Below are positions 60,054 to 64,000 of a stretch of 64,000 nucleotides of DNA, piece after piece; positions within the stretch are counted from its first letter, which is position 1; each line of letters starts with the position of its first letter. Location of the stretch: contig CM022679.1 in NCBI GenBank assembly GCA_012295275.1, positions 20,150,001 through 20,214,000 of the forward strand, in the 5' to 3' direction. Under the pieces are notes generated by a model. The model was not told the DNA's origin. It saw nothing but the letters and a program-made list of their open reading frames with translations, and ran no database searches. Position numbers and translations under genes: made by a program. Origin of the DNA: Chrysomallon squamiferum (Eukaryota > Animalia > Mollusca).

Positions 60054-60996
60054 TCAGACCCTTTTTATTGGTGGTTTTCGTTTCGCTTTTGGGGAAATTG
60101 TGGTCTTGATAACATCGTTGGAGACCTTCTTCTTTGGCATCGACGATGTGGACCTCTGTCTATCTGTTGCTTACTAACAGTCGATTTTGTGCTTTTCTCA
60201 CTAAATGTTTCTGCAGCCTTTTCTTTCTCTGTGATTAATTTCTTCTTTCATTTGATTGGTGCCTCGGGAGTTTTCTTAGACGTATTGGTTATAGTGGCTA
60301 ATACAGTTTGTTTTGTCTATGATTTCTTTTTTACTGTGACACTTGTTGAGTCTTTGTCTTTTTCATCTTTTGTTTGTTTTCACAGATTTGTTATTCAGCT
60401 ATGTTTTGCCTTCGTCTTTAGACGTTTTGCTGTAAGATAATTTTTCTTTTTTCAGCCAGCATCTCTTCTTTTTTGTGATCTTTAGACAACTTAAAACGAC
60501 CTGTAAAATATAAATCAATGAAAGATTAATCAGCTTTTCAATAAAATAAATAAAATGTTAAATTTCTAATAGTCTTATGGCGGAGACTACCCGCTGCCCA
60601 TGATATGTCTAAATATGTAGAAACTATTCGCCTTTAAACAACCTGACAGCGGTCCCTCTGAACTTAAAAGGAACCAGTAGCCACGCCATATTAATACATT
60701 TCCAGTCACAGAAAAGATATTTGACAATTAAATAATTTACAGAGTCCTTAGACTTTTTTTTGCTGCAGTAATAAATAGAGGTTTTATATTAATTTTTGAA
60801 TGATGATGATGACGATAGGATCAATAGCAATAATCTATATGACATTTTGGTATCTTACTATTAACCCCTGTCATTTTCGGCTTCGTGCAGACCGGATTCA
60901 CAGATTTGTAATATAAAGTTTCTGCAATATAACTTTTTTTGATTCCTTCTGTGACCATATTATAAAATGGCAGTTTGGTACCACTTTTAAGAATTT
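60054..60996 (-). pseudogene. Probable decayed intron-containing linker histone H1-like gene
   Basis: Fragments LPFYNMVTEGIKK..YI and NIKPLFITAAKKSL; SSEGPLSG|RFKLSK spliced across a GT-AG intron (60501-60642); then a Lys/Thr/Ser-rich tail (KKTPEAPIK, MPKKKV, ISPKAKRKPPIKR) broken by stops (60418-60420, 60317-60319, 60248-60250) and frameshifts. Confidence 0.4.
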
Positions 60997-63039
60997 CTGA
61001 GATAAATAATGATGTCAAGTGAAACACAAGACTGAGAGACTCAAACCGCGACAGACAGGACTAAACACTGCACACAAGCCAAGATTATAAACATTTATCA
61101 AATTTGGAGCTTCAGAAAAAATAAACATATCGTATTAAAACAAATTACAGAATTTTCCTTTTTCTTTCTTTTTGTTTGTTTTTATTTATTATTTATTACT
61201 ACTACTACTACTACTACTACTATTATTTTATTTTATTTTATTTTATTTTAATGTTGTAGATATACCCTTCAAGGTGAAATCTTTCTTTTTTCTATCAGCC
61301 TTTATCTGTCCTTGTTCTTCTTATACACTCTAACATTTTAAAATACAAAATTATACTTGGATAGTTTTCTTAATTTGCTTTTCTAAATTAACACCTCCCT
61401 GAAAGAAAAAAAAATGAAAATGAAAATAAACAAATAATAATAATAATAATTATTATAATAATAATAATATTTAAAAAAATGTATTAATGTAAACTAGTTA
61501 CTAAATTAAGGGAGACAACTCCTGTTAGACCAGATGGTGTATAGTTACAAAACTAGGTCAACTGAAATTACTATCTGTGAAGGATAAACTTGTTTTCTTC
61601 TTTTTTCACTCTATTAGTGTGTCTTTCTTTTGCCACATCTCAACTCGCTCTTTCTTTTTTTCCTACCTTCTCCCTGTCAGTCAGTCTTTCGTCAACTGGA
61701 ATTGAATTACTGGCATCACGTATCTGACTCTGTGAAAGATAACCTTGCTCATTTTTTCTTTCTAACTTTTCTTTTCTTTTTCTGTTTATCTTTTTCCTAA
61801 GAATCTCTTCTCTGTCTCCTTCCCTCTTTCTCTCTTTCTTTTATTCCTATCCCCTCCCTGTTTGACTGTCTGTGTTTGTATGCGTGTCCTTTTTCACCAC
61901 ATCTGTGCATATTGTAATAAAATTATATTAACATTAAAATAAGAAACTGCAATTCAGTATCTTTTAATCTGACTGATTTAATATTACTTTTAAAAGACAA
62001 ACTCTTGTAAATAAAAACTTTGATATCATGGATGTGATAATACTAGGTTTCATTGTTATTAGCTGGTAACTGAATATAAGTGACAACTTTTGAAAATAAA
62101 TAAATAAATAAATAACATTTTTTATAAATTAAAATCGTTTGCCCAACGTACACTGTTTTTGTTACTAATCTAGGATTTTCAGATTTCTTTATGGGTTTGT
62201 ATAAAAGTTGTATTGTGAGCAGATAATAGAAGAAAGTATGCAATAATCTACTAATTTAGACCTGTTATAACAATTTCTAATTTAGAAGATCAAACATATT
62301 ATCAGATATATTTCCATAACTGAATTTGACTCTAAAAACTAGCTACAGAGAGTAGAATTTACAATGGATATATCATATAGGAATCTTACAGCAAAATTAC
62401 GCTATACGACACAGTGCAAGTACCAATTTACCCTAACCACCTAGGCACGTTGCGAGAGTGCAACGTCCTTGTATAAAGCTATTAATTCAATAAATAAAGA
62501 CGGTGTTTTGGATTTTTGTTAAGAATTCAATATGTGTTGTTTATAAGACCTGAGTAAAATATTCAAATATGAATACAAAAACAACTGAATGATTACTGCT
62601 AGAAACTTGACAAAAGGTAGCTGACAAACGTATCTTTCTCCATACTAGATCTGAAAAAAGAAAGAAAAGCGAAACAAAAATTAACACTGTCCATGCCTAG
62701 CAACCTTTATGTTCATCACTGATCTGGAGATATTTATTTCTTTTAAAAAACAAAAAAACAACAACAACAACAACACATCAACAACAAAACAACTGACAAA
62801 GTATCTTTTTCACTGGTATGTGAAATTCACTATTGTCAAGCTTGAATCGTTTTAAACAATAGACCAGCTACAACTGATGTGTTTATATAAAACGGCTTGG
62901 CTGTGATGACGTGACAGTCAGTGAGTAGCTATGAAAATGAGTGAGGTCTGTGAGTTCGCAAGCCAAGTAAACCTCGTCCTGGCTTGTATGGTTAATTCCT
63001 GAAACCTAAGGTTAATTAAATCAATTATGTATTTTACAG

Positions 63040-63086
63040 GCCGCGCGTGTGGATTATAATGGCTGTAACAAATGTGCGTCTACAAG
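63040..63086 (+). other. Candidate first coding exon of an unidentified plus-strand gene (ATG at 63059, MAVTNVRLQ...)
   Basis: Strong acceptor TTTTACAG before 63040 and strong donor AG|GTGAGT after 63086. The exon is CpG-rich, and a CRE-like TGACGTGA lies about 130 bp upstream. No downstream exon was identified in the window. Confidence 0.3.
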
Positions 63087-64000
63087 GTGAGTGAAAAATT
63101 ATTAATTATGAGATATTTTGAATATAATGTTGGTAAGAAACGATTTTTGTACAAAATTAGTGTACTTTTGATGAAGGTACCCACACACTGTATAAATATA
63201 TTATATATTATAATTATTATTATTATTGTTGTTGTTCTTGTTGTTGTAATTATTATTGATATTGTTTATGTCGAACTATATTACCTTGATAACGAATGTT
63301 AAAATGAATGCCTAAAACATGAATAAAAAATAATTAAATAGCTTTTAATTACATATATATATATTCACTCATTAGTTACTTTATATAACTCCCTTTCCAT
63401 CTGTTTGTCCATCTGTCGTTGTGTTCTGATCTCACCGAGGGTGAAACCTCTGTACGTTTTATGTGCAACCAAGTGCTGTTTAGAATTATTAAATCATTTA
63501 TGTTGTTTATTTTGAAAACATAAAATAAATAAAATCCGACTTTTAATCGTAACCGCGGTTTCGTAGTCATCGCTATCAAACTGATTAAATGATTTTCACT
63601 TGACAATACCGGTATAAACGGATAATTAACACGAGTTGTAATAAATAAAACTGATATTTGATGTCATAACTTAAAACAAAAACATAGCTCACTGGTAATG
63701 ATGAAACACAAATGGCGTACAATGACTAAAAGACGAAAATAATAAAGATTCTAAATTTTTATTTGTTTATTTATTTGTGAAAACAGTGATATTAAGTTTA
63801 TACATTAATGTCTGTTAACACCATCTAGTCTTATATAAAATGTATCGTCATTTCACCCATGTTAAAATTGAATTTACAGCGATTTCGCTCATCTCTCTCT
63901 CTGTTTTACTCAAAAGCTACTAAATATTTTTCAGACAGCCTGAAAGAGATACTAATTACATGTGTCCTTATTTTCCTGACTATTGAAGAAACGCGAGAAC

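Noticed and set aside
60045-60440. 131-aa hydrophobic plus-strand ORF that looks like a membrane protein
   Set aside because: The Phe/Val/Leu richness is the expected antisense reading of the Lys/Thr-rich minus-strand sequence.
62894-62968. Possible C/D box snoRNA or tRNA-derived SINE (terminal stem CTTGGCT/AGCCAAG, TGATGA)
   Set aside because: There is no CTGA box D next to the 3' stem, and no convincing A/B boxes or cloverleaf.

Overview
AT-rich, intron-rich eukaryotic (animal) genomic DNA with many microsatellites. A lophotrochozoan, probably a mollusc, is inferred from the gene set and the TLR type. I assembled six protein-coding genes by hand, five of them from GT-AG splice sites: DHRS11-like SDR (-, 7 exons, 254 aa); an M3A oligopeptidase-A-like protein with a mitochondrial-type presequence (-, 18 exons, 724 aa); G-alpha 12/13 (+, 3 exons, 360 aa); KAT2/GCN5-PCAF (-, 17 exons, 804 aa); CCDC137 (+, 7 exons, 279 aa); and a Toll-like receptor with a single coding exon (-, 883 aa). 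The most notable signal is in the oligopeptidase. It has an intact reading frame but a rewired zinc site (HEXXH...E becomes LEFGH...H) and other lost active-site residues, so it is a candidate mitochondrial pseudo-peptidase. Also present are two head-to-head gene pairs, a palindromic kappaB site upstream of the TLR, a MITE, a GC-rich 60-bp-arm hairpin, a pogo/Tc2-like transposon end, and a probable decayed intron-containing linker-histone-like gene. No RNA genes or CRISPR arrays could be supported. All family assignments come from motif recall; no database searches were run.
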